A DNA stretch of 58,974 nucleotides, the filler included, from Basidiobolus meristosporus CBS 931.73 (Eukaryota; Fungi; Basidiobolomycota), in assembly GCA_002104905.1 (NCBI GenBank). It is 3 parts of 3 records of this genome, joined end to end, with 100 filler letters (N's around TTAATTAATTAA, not from the genome) between each part and the next. Parts side by side here need not be neighbours in the genome. Positions count along the whole stretch, not along the records: positions 15,609 to 45,498 come from MCFE01000860.1; 2 more parts are not named here. One strand, given 5' to 3'. Made by a program: the position numbers and the translations under genes. A model generated the notes under the pieces. It ran no database searches. It was given only the letters and a program-made list of their open reading frames with translations, and was not told the DNA's origin. Of the stretch, positions 24,494 through 37,034 are shown in pieces (the first letter of the stretch is position 1; every line of letters begins with the position of its first letter).

Positions 24494-25162
24494 ATGCAAC
24501 TTCGCCTGACTGACCTAGCTGTTTGGACCGTGCTTGCTACTTCTGCCCTAGCCAAGCCCATCGGGATTGCTCTTGACCTCACAGGGAAGATCCCTGCCCT
24601 GACTTCCACACCGATTGCGCAAGAGTATCCTGTCGATGTTCCTTGCAACAACTCCACAGAGGCGCAGAATCTGTACGGCGGCTTTCCAGTTTGTAATCCC
24701 GCATGGTTCTCTGGGGTGGTGGCTACAGAGCTGGATGCCAAGTTTCTGATCTGGACAAGCCCCTCCAACCAAAAGGCCATTGAGGATAACGATGTCAACG
24801 AAGCTGTTGCCGCAACCGCAACAATCTCTTTAGCCAATGGTGCTAGCGGCGTGGATGGCTTCCCCATCACATATCCAGAGTTTAGGCAGTGTGCGAACAT
24901 CGACCCTGTTGAAAACAACGGAGGCTTTGTCCTATACTGGCCCACCGAGGCTATCTATTGCTTTTACAGCGAGTCCAACTGTGTTGGAGAGCGAGTGTGC
25001 ATGATCCCCCATGGCCCTGGCTCTGAGTACAACACGATCATCCCTGCTACCGAGAACATGATCAAGAATGGACTTCGCAGCAGTGTGGTGCTGCCCATGA
25101 TGCCAAAGGATGGCTACAAAGCTCCGTATACCATGAATCCTTATGAGAATTATGACTATTAG
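24494..25162 (+). CDS. Secreted protein, copy 2 (222 aa)
   Basis: Near-identical to copy 1 (G7D). Confidence 0.85.
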   Translation: MQLRLTDLAVWTVLATSALAKPIGIALDLTGKIPALTSTPIAQEYPVDVPCNNSTEAQNLYGGFPVCNPAWFSGVVATELDAKFLIWTSPSNQKAIEDNDVNEAVAATATISLANGASGVDGFPITYPEFRQCANIDPVENNGGFVLYWPTEAIYCFYSESNCVGERVCMIPHGPGSEYNTIIPATENMIKNGLRSSVVLPMMPKDGYKAPYTMNPYENYDY

Positions 25163-25559
25163 AAATGACACGTCGGCTATTTGGCTTTGGTCCAGATTGA
25201 TTACATAGAGAAAAGACGACTACGCATAGTATCCAAGTACATATTAATAAACCGTGCAAGCAAACATGACTTTACTAATGAACAAGAATATCAAGGTTAT
25301 TGTTGTATGTATTACCGACTGCAAAACGCGATCACAGGAATAGCAGGCATTTACGAGGTGACAATTGCTATGGCTTAAAGTGGGCATTAGTTCTAAGGGC
25401 TGTAAGCAGCAGTCCACCATGTGGATATCTTGGATAGTCTGGGAGAGCCAATTAAGGTCATGAAAAGCAATATAAATTATAGTACACCAGCGCACGTTGG
25501 TCTGAGACTAAGGGTTATTATGATAGTAGTTACTTTACCAAGTTACAAATACTCATATG

Positions 25560-25885
25560 TTACCGTTTTCTCCATTTTCGCTGGCATTGAAAATATTGGT
25601 TGTGTCATGTGCACCATTGTCCCTCTTCGGCTGTAATCTTTTACTCAATGCTCCAGCGTTGATGGCGGCTATACCAGGGAGAATGCATGCATGATTTGAA
25701 TTTCACTACAACTTCTTCAATCTCAGATATTATATGTTGTTATACTATTTACACAATATCACGAGGTAAATACCCTGGATTCCTCATTATGTCCTACTAC
25801 TCCAGCCTTGCCCCTGTCTCGTTATTTAAGTAGGTCTATATACCGCTATACATGGATATCATGATGAACCCGCACATTGCCATCC
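25560..25885 (-). pseudogene. Gly/Asn-rich companion relic, copy 2 (Gly-rich part deleted, premature stop)
   Basis: MAMCGFIMISMYSGI* homologous to the copy 1 leader; coordinates approximate. Confidence 0.45.
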
Positions 25886-27314
25886 ACTTGAGGATATTGA
25901 TTGTGAAAAGGTAAAGCAGGTTCTGTAAAATGACTTGCTTTTACGCAGCTTGTGTACACAGCGTGGAGGTTTTGCCATCTTAATCTCAGCTAGGAGACAT
26001 TCATATGAAAGGGCTTACAAAACATGCTCAGGACTCCAAGAATGCTTACCTAAGCTATATCGGTGTCTGTGGAGAAGGTACATTGATGTCTGCCCTTCAT
26101 TTGAGTGACATGTTTACCAACTCACTTCATTTTGTAGACAGACTTTACTTGGTATACTCAAGCCTTTGAAATCCTTTAGCTCGGTATTAACTACAATTGG
26201 ACTTAGTGGCCTTTCACATAGGTATCTGAGTTCAATTCATTCCTTTGTACAATGAGTTGGCTCAACAAGGCATTATTACTTAATGTAATTGAAATAAATA
26301 TCTTACATGTTGGTGATTGTCTTCCCCCCGCGTTTGTTCCACTGGCCGATTCGACTGTTACGTGGTATCCACACACCTCAATGATACTACAGATTAGAAG
26401 CCTGCCATATAATAGGTAATCATTGAAAAGTAATGATCTTGGATCTACCAATTTCGCTAATCTGGTTTGCCCAAACAAGTTCATGCAAATCGAACCAGCT
26501 GTTTAGGATTAGTAATAAAGAATGCTCCTGATAACTACATTCTCTAACCGCATTTATCCCTCATCGGCGCTTTTTGTCAGAAGTGGAAGTACATACATGG
26601 ATCGCTGGCAATGAAAACGGAAGCCAAACTCAATTAGACCACTACCCAGGCTCAGGATATATTGATTCTAGATCAATAAAAAAGATCACACAGTATGGGT
26701 TAGATAGACCAAATAAGGTAGGCTCTATGACTCGGAGGCCGCTCATACTCCTTGCTGACTACGTCTAAGGCTAATGCGCAAAGATGGTGCTGCATTGTCC
26801 ACATTGCCTGATCTCATCAGTGACCAAACGAATCTACACTGGCCATATTATTGCTCATCCTTAGACTCATAACAACAAACTTGACTAGGTCCAGACCATC
26901 CACTAAATTTGCATCTTGCACACCGGGTTAATCTAAATGATACATGACCTGTATTTGATATCGAATTCTCTTTATCTCCCTGATGTGACCACCACTCCAC
27001 CAAGTTAGTCGGAGGGAGGCAGCTAGAATTTTTACTGACAAACAACCACTTGTATTACTAAATTGAGTAACGTAAGAGAATATTCTACTTTCACGAATAA
27101 CTCCGTGTGGCCCTTGGTTTCGTTAGGATTCTGTTGCCACCCAGTGTATGGTAGAATGCGGTGGAAAAATGATAGTAAGTAAGAAGCAGAAGAAGGTTGG
27201 AATTTTCTACTGCGATAAGGTATCGGTCAGATAATGGAGGGGAGCAAGTGCATCATCGGTATAAAATGGATGATCTGCGCGTAGTTGTGGACCATCTCAA
27301 CCTACAAGATTAAT

Positions 27315-27983
27315 ATGCAACTTCGCCTGACTGACCTAGCTGTTTGGACCGTGCTTGCTACTTCTGCCTTAGCTAAGCCCATCGGGATTGCTCTTGACCT
27401 CACAGGGAAGATTCCTGCCCTGACTTCCACACCGATTGCGCAAGAGTATCCTGTCGATGTTCCTTGCAACAACTCCACAGAGGCGCAGAATCTGTACGGC
27501 GGCTTTCCAGTTTGTAATCCCGCATGGTTCTCTGGGGTGGTGGCTACAGAGCTGGATGCCAAGTTTCTGATCTGGACAAGCCCCTCCAACCAAAAGGCCA
27601 TTGAGGATAACGATGTCAACGAAGCTGTTGCCGCAACCGCAACAATCTCTTTAGCCAATGGTGCTAGCGGCGTGGATGGCTTCCCCATCACATATCCAGA
27701 GTTTAGGCAGTGTGCGAACATCGACCCTGTTGAAAACAACGGAGGCTTTGTCCTATACTGGCCCACCGAGGCTATCTATTGCTTTTACAGCGAGTCCAAC
27801 TGTGTTGGAGAGCGAGTGTGCATGATCCCCCATGGCCCTGGCTCTGAATACAACACAATCGTCCCTGCTACCGAGAACATGATCAAGAATGGACTTCGCA
27901 GCAGTGTGGTGCTGCCCATGATGCCAAAGAATGGCTACAAAGCTCCGTATACCATGAATCCTTTTGAGAATTATGACTATTAG
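27315..27983 (+). CDS. Secreted protein, copy 3 (222 aa)
   Basis: Near-identical; private I>V and D>N changes and shared Y>F. Confidence 0.85.
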   Translation: MQLRLTDLAVWTVLATSALAKPIGIALDLTGKIPALTSTPIAQEYPVDVPCNNSTEAQNLYGGFPVCNPAWFSGVVATELDAKFLIWTSPSNQKAIEDNDVNEAVAATATISLANGASGVDGFPITYPEFRQCANIDPVENNGGFVLYWPTEAIYCFYSESNCVGERVCMIPHGPGSEYNTIVPATENMIKNGLRSSVVLPMMPKNGYKAPYTMNPFENYDY

Positions 27984-28389
27984 ACATGGCACGTCGGCTA
28001 TTTGGCTTTGGTCCAGATTGATTACATAGAGAAAAGACGACTACGCATAGTATCCAAGTACATATTAATAAACCGTGCAAGCAAACATGACTTTACTAAT
28101 GAACAAGAGTATCAAGGTTATTGATGTATGTATTACCGACTGCAAAACGCGATCACAGGAATAGCAGGCATTTACGAGGTGACAATTGCTATGGCTTAAA
28201 GTGGACATTAGTTCTAAGGGCTGTAAGCAGCAGTCCACCATGTGGATGTCTTGAATACTCTAGGAGAACCAAGTAGGATCATGAGAAGCAGATTAAACCA
28301 TAGTACACTAGAGCCGTTGGTCCGAGACTAAGAGGTATTTTCATATTAGTTACTTACAGAGTTACAAATTATTGTATGTACCATTTTAG

Positions 28390-28850
28390 TTGTACTGGTC
28401 TCCGCTTTCGTTACCACCGCCATCGTCGTCACCTCCATTTCCGCTCCCCGCACCTTCATCGCTGGCACTAATACCTACTAAATTACAACCTCCAGCCACG
28501 TCTCCTGTATTTCCATTCTTACTACCATCGTTAGCCACTCCGTTCCCAGCACCACCACTGCCGCCTCTATCGCTGTCAGTATCGGTAGCACCAGTACTAT
28601 TTGAATTATTACCACTATCACTACTGTAACCGCTATAGCCATTACCAGCACCGCCACATACAGAATTAAAGTCACCACTACCTTTGCCTCAATTTCAGCT
28701 ATAATCGCCATTACCGCCATTTCCCCTAGTATCGTTGGCGCCTAAAATATCGATTGTGTCGTATGCGCCATTACCTCTTGTCTGTAATCATCTACTCTAC
28801 GCCCCATCGCTGATTGCTACTAAGATAAAGCCGCACATAACGATATGTTT
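28390..28850 (-). pseudogene. Gly/Asn-rich companion relic, copy 3 (diverged)
   Basis: GGN-rich reverse-strand remnants with stops; coordinates approximate. Confidence 0.45.
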
Positions 28851-30540
28851 GAGGATATCATGTGCACATAGGTGAAACAGGTTCAGTCAAATGTATTGCT
28901 TGTGTGTACAGTGTTGGGGTTTTGCCTTCCCCTGTCTCAGCCAAAAAGAGTTTATACCAAACTGGACTGTTTTACCATGTATTGTCTCTGCTTTATGACC
29001 CTAGATCTCCATAAAACACCTTACGAACATGTAGCTCTTGGCACATTTATTTATACCCTATCATGAAGCTTTACTTGAGGCTTCACAGTGGTAAGAATAT
29101 GCACATCAAAGCTTGGGTAATATGTCATCTTACCCATTCCTACTCATGTTGCAGACTACTTCTAGGATACACTCAGATGAAAGGGCTTACTAAGCTTTCT
29201 CAGGACTCCAAGGATGGTTGCCTAAGCTACATGAGTTTCTGTAGAGAGGGTACATCGATGCCTACACTCCATTTGGATGTCATGTTCACCAACTCACTTC
29301 ATTATATTGACAAAGCTTTACTTAGTATACTCATGGCTCTGATACCCTTCAACTCGGTATTAAGTACAAGTGAACTTAGTGGCTACGCACATAACCATCT
29401 GAGATCGATTCTTTCCTTGTACATTGAGTTGTATCAATAAGGCGTTTTTACTTCATGCAGTTGAAGTCAAGATCTCACATATTTGTGATTTTCTTTCCCT
29501 CGTGTTTGTTCTGCTGGCTTACTTGGCTGTTACGCAGCATCCACACACCTCAATGATGATATGGATTGGAGGCCAGCCCTAATATCTGAAATAAGTAATG
29601 ATCCAGGCATCTACAGATTTCCTTAACCCCATTTGCTCATGCAAATCAATCTATCCACTATAGATCAGCAATAAAGAATGCCCATGATAACTACTTTCTC
29701 TTACCGCATTTATCCCTTGTCAGCGCATTACGTCAGAAGCCAAAGCACATAAACGGATTACAGGTAATCGAAATGGAAGCCTAACTAAAATAGAACACTG
29801 GCTTGGCGCAGGTTACATTGATTCTAGGTCATGATGTATAAACAAGGATCACCCAGTATGGAGTGATAGGCCAAACAAGGTTAGTTTTCAGTCTTCGCGG
29901 CCGCTCAAACTGAGGCTATTCATTATGTGAAGCGAGGAAGGCTAATGTGCAACTCAGATGGTACACCAATGCCTACAATGTTCGATCCCATCACCTACCA
30001 AACGAATCTTCACTGACTATATTATCCTTCATCGTTAGACCCATAGCAACAAACCTGGCAAGATCCAGACCATCCACTTAATTCGCATCTTGCACGTTGG
30101 GTTAGTTTTGTAGGAGCAAGTTGATATGTGATATGAATACAAGAATATACCCCGTTTGGTCTTGCATTTGATATCGGTTTCTATTTATCTCCTCATTTGG
30201 TAAATCAATCGACTGTAACCTGTGCCTCAGTGTTTGAGCACCACTCCACCAAGTTGGTGGGTAAGAGGCAGCTAGAATGCTGTATCACTAAATCGAGTAA
30301 CGTGTTGGAATATTCTACTTTCACGAATAACTCCGTATGGCCCTTGGTGTAGTTAGGATTCTTTTGCCACCCAGTGTTAGGTAGAATATGAAGGAAAGAT
30401 GATAGCAAACAAAAAGCAGAGGGCTGGAATTTCTACTGCGATAAGCCATCAGTCAGACATTGGAGGGGAGCAGGTGCATCATCGATATAAAATGGGTGAT
30501 TTGCGCGTAGTTGTGGATCATCTCAACCTACAAGATTAAT

Positions 30541-31209
30541 ATGCAACTTCGCCTGACTGACCTAGCTGTTTGGACCGTGCTTGCTACTTCTGCCTTAGCC
30601 AAGCCCATCGGGATTGCTCTTGACCTCACGGGGAAGATCCCTGCCCTGACTTCCACACCGATTGCGCAAGAGTATCCTGTCGATGTTCCTTGCAACAACT
30701 CCACAGAGGCGCAGAATCTGTACGGCGGCTTTCCAGTTTGTAATCCCGCATGGTTCTCTGGGGTGGTGGCTACAGAGCTGGATGCCAAGTTTCTGATCTG
30801 GACAAGCCCCTCCAACCAAAAGGCCATTGAGGATAACGATGTCAACGAAGCTGTTGCCGCAACCGCGACAATCTCTTTAGCCAATGGTGCTAGCGGCGTG
30901 GATGGCTTCCCCATCACATATCCAGAGTTTAGGCAGTGTGCGAACATCGACCCTGTTGAAAACAACGGAGGCTTTGTCCTATACTGGCCCACCGAGGCTA
31001 TCTATTGCTTTTACAGCGAGTCCAACTGTGTTGGAGAGCGAGTGTGCATGATCCCCCATGGCCCTGGCTCTGAGTACAACACGATCATCCCTGCTACCGA
31101 GAACATGATCAAGAATGGACTTCGCAGCAGTGTGGTGCTGCCCATGATGCCAAAGGATGGCTACAAAGCTCCGTATACCATGAATCCTTTTGAGAATTAT
31201 GACTATTAG
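30541..31209 (+). CDS. Secreted protein, copy 4 (222 aa)
   Basis: Near-identical to copies 1-3. Confidence 0.85.
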   Translation: MQLRLTDLAVWTVLATSALAKPIGIALDLTGKIPALTSTPIAQEYPVDVPCNNSTEAQNLYGGFPVCNPAWFSGVVATELDAKFLIWTSPSNQKAIEDNDVNEAVAATATISLANGASGVDGFPITYPEFRQCANIDPVENNGGFVLYWPTEAIYCFYSESNCVGERVCMIPHGPGSEYNTIIPATENMIKNGLRSSVVLPMMPKDGYKAPYTMNPFENYDY

Positions 31210-31619
31210 AAATGACACGTCGGCTATTTGGCTTTGGTCCAGATTGATGACATAGAGAAAAGACGACTACGCATAGTATCCAAGTACATATTAATAAACC
31301 GTGCAAGCAAACATGACTTTATAAATGAACAAGAATATCAAGGTTATTGATGTATGTATTACCGACTGCAAAACGCGATCACAGGAATAGCAGGCATTTA
31401 CGAGGTGACAATTGCTATGGCTTAAAGTGGACATTAGTTCTAAGGGCTGTAAGCAGCAGTCCACCATGTGGATATCTTGAATACTCTGGGAGAACCAAGT
31501 AGGGTCATAAGAAGTAGATTAAACTATAGTACACCAGAGCACGTTGGTCTGAGACTAAGAGTCATTATAATGGTAGTACTTTACAGAGCTACAAATACTC
31601 GGATGTTACATTTTCGTTG

Positions 31620-31990
31620 CACTGTTCTTCGCTTTCGGTGACACCACCATTTGCATTGCCTTCATTGTCGTTTGCAGTACCCCAAACATGGCACTACCAC
31701 CTCCAGTTACGTTTTCTGCATTTCTATTCTCACCACCATTGTCAGCCACTCCGTTCCAAACACCAGTAGTATTTGCATTATTACCACTATCGCTACTGCC
31801 ACTACCACCCCCATTATTATCACTGTTAGCGCCGTTTCTATTTCCAGCACTGCCACATCCAGAATTATAGTCACCACTACCTTTACTTCTATCTCCGTTA
31901 TCATCGCCTTTACCGCCATTTTCGTTGCCAGCCCCACTGTAAGTATATGCATGATTTGAGTTTCTCTGCGACTCTTTCGATCTCTGATAT
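31620..31990 (-). pseudogene. Gly/Asn-rich companion relic, copy 4 (diverged)
   Basis: Homologous to 28390-28730; coordinates approximate. Confidence 0.4.
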
Positions 31991-32355
31991 TATGTGTTTT
32001 CATACTAATTACGCAATAGCTTGTGTTTGCCGTATTGAGGTTTTGCCATCGCCTGTATCCGCTAAGGAAAGATATTTTACCAAACTGGATAGGTTTATCA
32101 TTGTCTCTGCTCTACAACCCCAGACCTCCATAAGACTCCCTACAACCATGTAGTGCTTGGTGCGTTTATTTTTCCCTTGTTCCCTGTTATGGTGCTTCAT
32201 CTTTGGACTAAGCTTTATATGAAGCTTCACAAAAGCAAGAATATGCACCTCAAAGCCTGGGTAACATGCCATTTTACCCATCCCTACTTTTGTTAAAGAC
32301 CACTTCTAGGAGGCACTGAAATAATTGCAGCACTTTTGTAATTACATCTATATTT

Positions 32356-32657
32356 TGTTGCAAGAGTCTTGGAGATATTGGAAGTGCTTAGGACAACAAG
32401 TAGATCACATGAATTTCACTTATTGATTTATTGAATGTAAAAGTAGTATTTATACTTCTACATGGTCTTGGCATAGCAAACACAGAGAATAGGTTTTTGA
32501 AGGTCCTAACAGCATGTGTGCAAAGTTTGGAGCTGTTTGGACAACTTTGAGAATATTCATGTTCTAGGTACCCAATATTTGAGTGAGAATATTTTAAGTA
32601 AATCCCAACAAGGAATTTGGTCAGTATTGTCAAAGATTGGTGGGTAATGATCTCAGT
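32356..32657 (-). repeat. Truncated Copia LTR
   Basis: TGTTGCAAGAGTCTTGGAG.. homologous to the other LTRs; fused by deletion to RT sequence. Confidence 0.75.
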
Positions 32658-35600
32658 AAAGAAAGGCATGGCCTGTGGTGAATCTTCTGTCTTCTGAGTT
32701 TTGTCCCCAATTAGCATCAGAGTATCCCACATGATCCTGTTCTGAATTCTTACAGAAGTATCTTAAGCAGATATCAGGAGCTCCTTTTAAGTATCAAAAA
32801 AATTTGTTTAACTGCTGTAATATGACCAGATCCATAGTTCTGATTATGCTGACTGACAACTCCCACTGAGTATTAGATATCTTGACATGGTCCAAGAATG
32901 ATATACATCAAAGTGCCAACCATATATTGATAAGGGAATAAGGGGCTTTCATATAGCACCAAGCACTCTTAAACTGGTTAGGTTTTGACCAAGGTTTGTC
33001 TCCATTAGGGTAGCTGCTGGTTTACAGTCTTCCATTTGCTACTTCTTTAGTATATCTTGAATATACTTGGACTGACTTAGGGAGATAGTTGGGCTACTTC
33101 TGTCTATGGAAAACCTTGTCCCCAGGTTGCAACTAAGCTGTCCTAGATTGAACATCCTGAACTCCTTAGATAGGCTGGATTAAGTCTCTTCCAAGGTTTC
33201 TTGTCTATTGGTGACAATAATAAGGTCATCCACATATAGAGCCAATAGCACCAATATTACTCTATCTGGCATATGGCTGATACTATAGTCAGCAGTGCAC
33301 ATTTGGAAACCCAATGATTTCAAATAAGAATTTACCATTGATTCCAGGCTCTTGGTGACTGTTTGAGACCATATGGAGATTTGTTGAGCTTGCAGACCAA
33401 ATAGGGGGTATTGTGCTTGGCAAATCCATCAGGCTGGTCCATGTAAATGTACTCATCAATTTCTCCATTTGAAAATGCAGTTTGTGTCTTTATTTGATGA
33501 ATATTAAAGTTATATTTAGCTGCAATAGCCAATACTAATCTGATGAAGTTAAGCTTGGCCACTGGTACAAAGTCTTGAGTATAGTAAAGTTCTTTTGTTT
33601 GAAAGTGTCCTTTGGCCACAAGACTTGCATTGTATCTTTTAATTGTACCATCAGTCTTGTACTTTGTCAAATTACCAATCAAACAAAAATCAACTGAAAG
33701 CAGAGGGGTCCTCAAAACAAAGACCCAAGTTTGATTCTTCATCAAGGCCTGATACTGCTCAGAAATTGTTGATCTCTAAAACTTTGTCTGAGGGCTATTT
33801 AGGGCCTCTCCTACAGTCTGGAGCCCATCAATATGGACTGAATAGGCATAGGCTAAGTTATTACCCTCAAGGATATAGTAATTTGGGCTATTTCTGTTCC
33901 AGCTAGATCTCCTGGCTTGTAATACTGAAATGACCACTTCTCAGACATTCCAGAGCACTGATTAAGACTGCACCATGGTTGTAGAGTACTCCAATCTAAT
34001 CCTGACTATTAGTGGACCTGAGATCAGATTTTTGTCAATATCTGATGTCATTTTTTTTAAGTATCCTGATTTTCATCAAGCCACATATCCATGGACTTGG
34101 CCAGCTCCTTTGCTCCAGTATGGTAGAGTGTGTATGCCTTACTCTCATTGTAGTGGCCTAAAAATATGCATTTGGCACTTTGTGGCTCAAGTTTTGACTG
34201 ACCTCCCAGCAGTTTCTTGGTATAAGCTGTACACCCAAGTATTCTTATCTGTTTTACTCTATGTCTATATCTATAATATCCCTCAATTAGAGTAGAATCC
34301 CCAAGTACTCTGCTACAACTCCTATCTTTGAGATATACAGCCGTAGCAGCTGCCTTTGCCCAAAAATCTGAGTATAATCTTTGAACATATATCATAGATT
34401 GTGCCATACCAATTATTGATTGGTTTGCACATTCTAACACTGCATTTTGCTGTAGGGAGTATAATACTGTGGCCTTTGGCTTCATCCAATAAACTTTGCT
34501 GAAGTGGATGCAGAGTTTTGAGGTATATTTGCTACCATTCTCAGAGCATATTTTGTCTTCATCCAATAAACTTTGCTGAAGTGGATGCAGAGTTTTGAGG
34601 TATATTTGCTACCATTCTCAGAGCATATTTTCTTTATTTTCTCACCAGTTTCTCTCTCCATCATGGCTTTAAGTTCCCTGAGCTTAAACAAGGCTTCTTC
34701 CTTTCTTTCTTTGAAGTAGACCCCCATTTATCTTGTAAAATCATCAATTAAAGTGATCAAATACTTTGTCCAACCCAAGGACAAATGTTGCATAGGTTGA
34801 CTTATATTTGAGTGAGTTAGAAATAAATGTTACTTAGTTTTGATTAGCCCAGAGTCCTCAAGCAGTTGTCTGGCTTGCATCTCATATATGCAGGCTCCAT
34901 AGTGCACCAAATTTGCTGGGGAGTCAATTTTACTCCAAAAATTAGCTGATCTTTGATCATTTTGCCAAAATAATCAAGGTTTGTGTGTCCAAATCTACAG
35001 TGCAAAAGCATTGGTGTTTCCTCCTTTGGGTTGCATTTATTGGCTTCCAGATATGATTGAATATAAGTCTAGTTGTATAGATTTTGATTCCTGATACCCA
35101 AAGCAATACAGGCATCACTTTTAGCTGTGATCCTACATCCTGAATTGTCAAAACTGAAACTGAGTTCTTCTGCTATGGCCTTATTCACAGAGAGTAGGCT
35201 CTTGCCTATTTCTGGTACATAGAGTACATATTTGAAGGTAAGTATGTGGTTTTCCTCACTGCTTCTGAAGTTCTCTTGGATAACCCCTTCTCCAGCAGTT
35301 TCAAGTGTTCTATTGTCACCCATGAAAACCTTCTTTATTGGAATTTCTTGATATTGGGTAAAAGTTCTTTTTGGTGTGTAAAGTGTTGAGATGCTCAGAG
35401 TCAATGTACCACATTTGAAGATTCTTATTTGTGGTCATATTTAGTGCAGATATGAATAGACTCTCTTCTGTTGTTGCAGCATTTCCATTTTCAAGCTTCT
35501 TTTGCTATTTATCACTCATCTTGGAGCACCAGTCTGATGTGTGTCCTTTCATTTTACAGTAGTTGCAAAGCAGGTTGCTGTTGTCCTTAAAGGGTCTGAG

Positions 35601-37032
35601 CACCTTCTTTGTTGATGGCATTGATTATTAAAGCATTTTGTTCTCATGGGCATTTGATTTTCTTAATTCTTCATCCTGGAGCATTCCATATAGAAAATCT
35701 GAGGTCAAATCTTTAGTTCTGAACTTTGAGACTGATACATGGTACTGAAGTTTGTCTGTCAGGCTATTCAGGATGGTCACTATCACATCCTCATCAGTAG
35801 CTGGTCACCCACTGCTTCCATCTCATCCACCACCAGGGTAATTGTGTTAATTAGCATCTTTGAGTGTTTCTTCTTGATTTTTTCATCAATTTCTCTTGCC
35901 ACCTTAGCTTTATACTCCCTGAACTTAGATAGAGCTTCTTCCTTGCTCTCTGCAAAGTAGACCCACATGCATCTTGTATTATCATCAATAAGAGTGATCA
36001 AATACTCCATCTTACCTAGGGATAAGTTCTGCCTGGGTCCACACAGATCTGAGTGAATTAGATCTAATTTTTCATAGTTTTAATTAAATAAGATCTTTTG
36101 GGCAGCTTCTGGCTTGTTTCCCATATATGCAGGCTTTACAATGATCCAAATTAGCTGGGGGATTAATTTTACTCTGGAAATTAGCTGATCTTTGATCATT
36201 TTGCGCAAATAATCAAAGTTAGCATGTCCAAATCTCCTGTGCCAAAGCAATGGTGTTTCTTCATTGAAGTGACTTATTGGCTGCAAGATATGATGGAATA
36301 TATGTCAACTTGTATAGAATCTGATCTCTGATACCCAAAGCAATATGAGCACCATTTTGATCAGTGATCCTGCATCCAGAATTGTTAAAGCTGAAATTGA
36401 GTCCTTCTGCAGTAGCCTTGATTACAGATAGTAGGTTCTTGGCTATTTGTGACACATAGAGTACTTCTTTGAAGGTATGAGTACAGCTTCCTTCACTGCT
36501 CCTAAGGTTTACCTGGATAGTTCCTTCCCCCACTGCATCAAGTGTTCTATTGTCACCCATGAAAACTTTCTTAATTGGACTCTCTTGATATTGGGTAAAA
36601 GTACTTTTGGTGTGTAATGTGTAGAGATGCTCGAGAGCCAATGTACCACATTTAAGGAACCTTGTTTGTGGTCATATTTAGTGCAGATATGAATAGTCTA
36701 TCTTCTGTTGTTGCAGCATTTCCATATTCAGGCTTCTATTACTGATTATCTTTTCTTGAAGCACTGGTCAGATGTGTGTCCTTTCCTTTTGCAGTAGTTA
36801 CAAAACAGGTTGCTGTTGCCTTTAAATGGTCTTGAGTACCTTGTTTGTTGCTTATCATTGCCTATTAAGGCATTTTCTTTTTCCTTCTTGTTGGCACTTG
36901 ATTTTCTTAATTCTTCTTCCAGGAGCCATCCATATATGTAATTTATGGTCAAATATTCAGTTGTGGATTCAAGGGCTGATAGAAGGCCCTGGATCATGTC
37001 TGTCAGCCTATTCAGGATGGCAACTATCACAT
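32658..37032 (-). mobile_element. Mosaic of decayed Copia copies (RT, IN, PR, gag; the IN-PR-gag block appears twice)
   Basis: ORF pieces 33332-33745 (RT), 34057-34727 (IN, with a 77-bp tandem duplication at 34480/34557), 35069-35404 and 36261-36641 (PR), 36746-37030 (gag, CNYCKRKGH..QC). Confidence 0.88.
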
Positions 37033-37034
37033 TG

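Larger units (their letters stand above)
19846..32340 (+). repeat. Tandem gene array, four ~2.8-3.3 kb units
   Basis: ATG spacing 3343, 2821 and 3226 bp; CDS and ~300-bp flanks near-identical, spacers of two diverged types. Confidence 0.92.
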
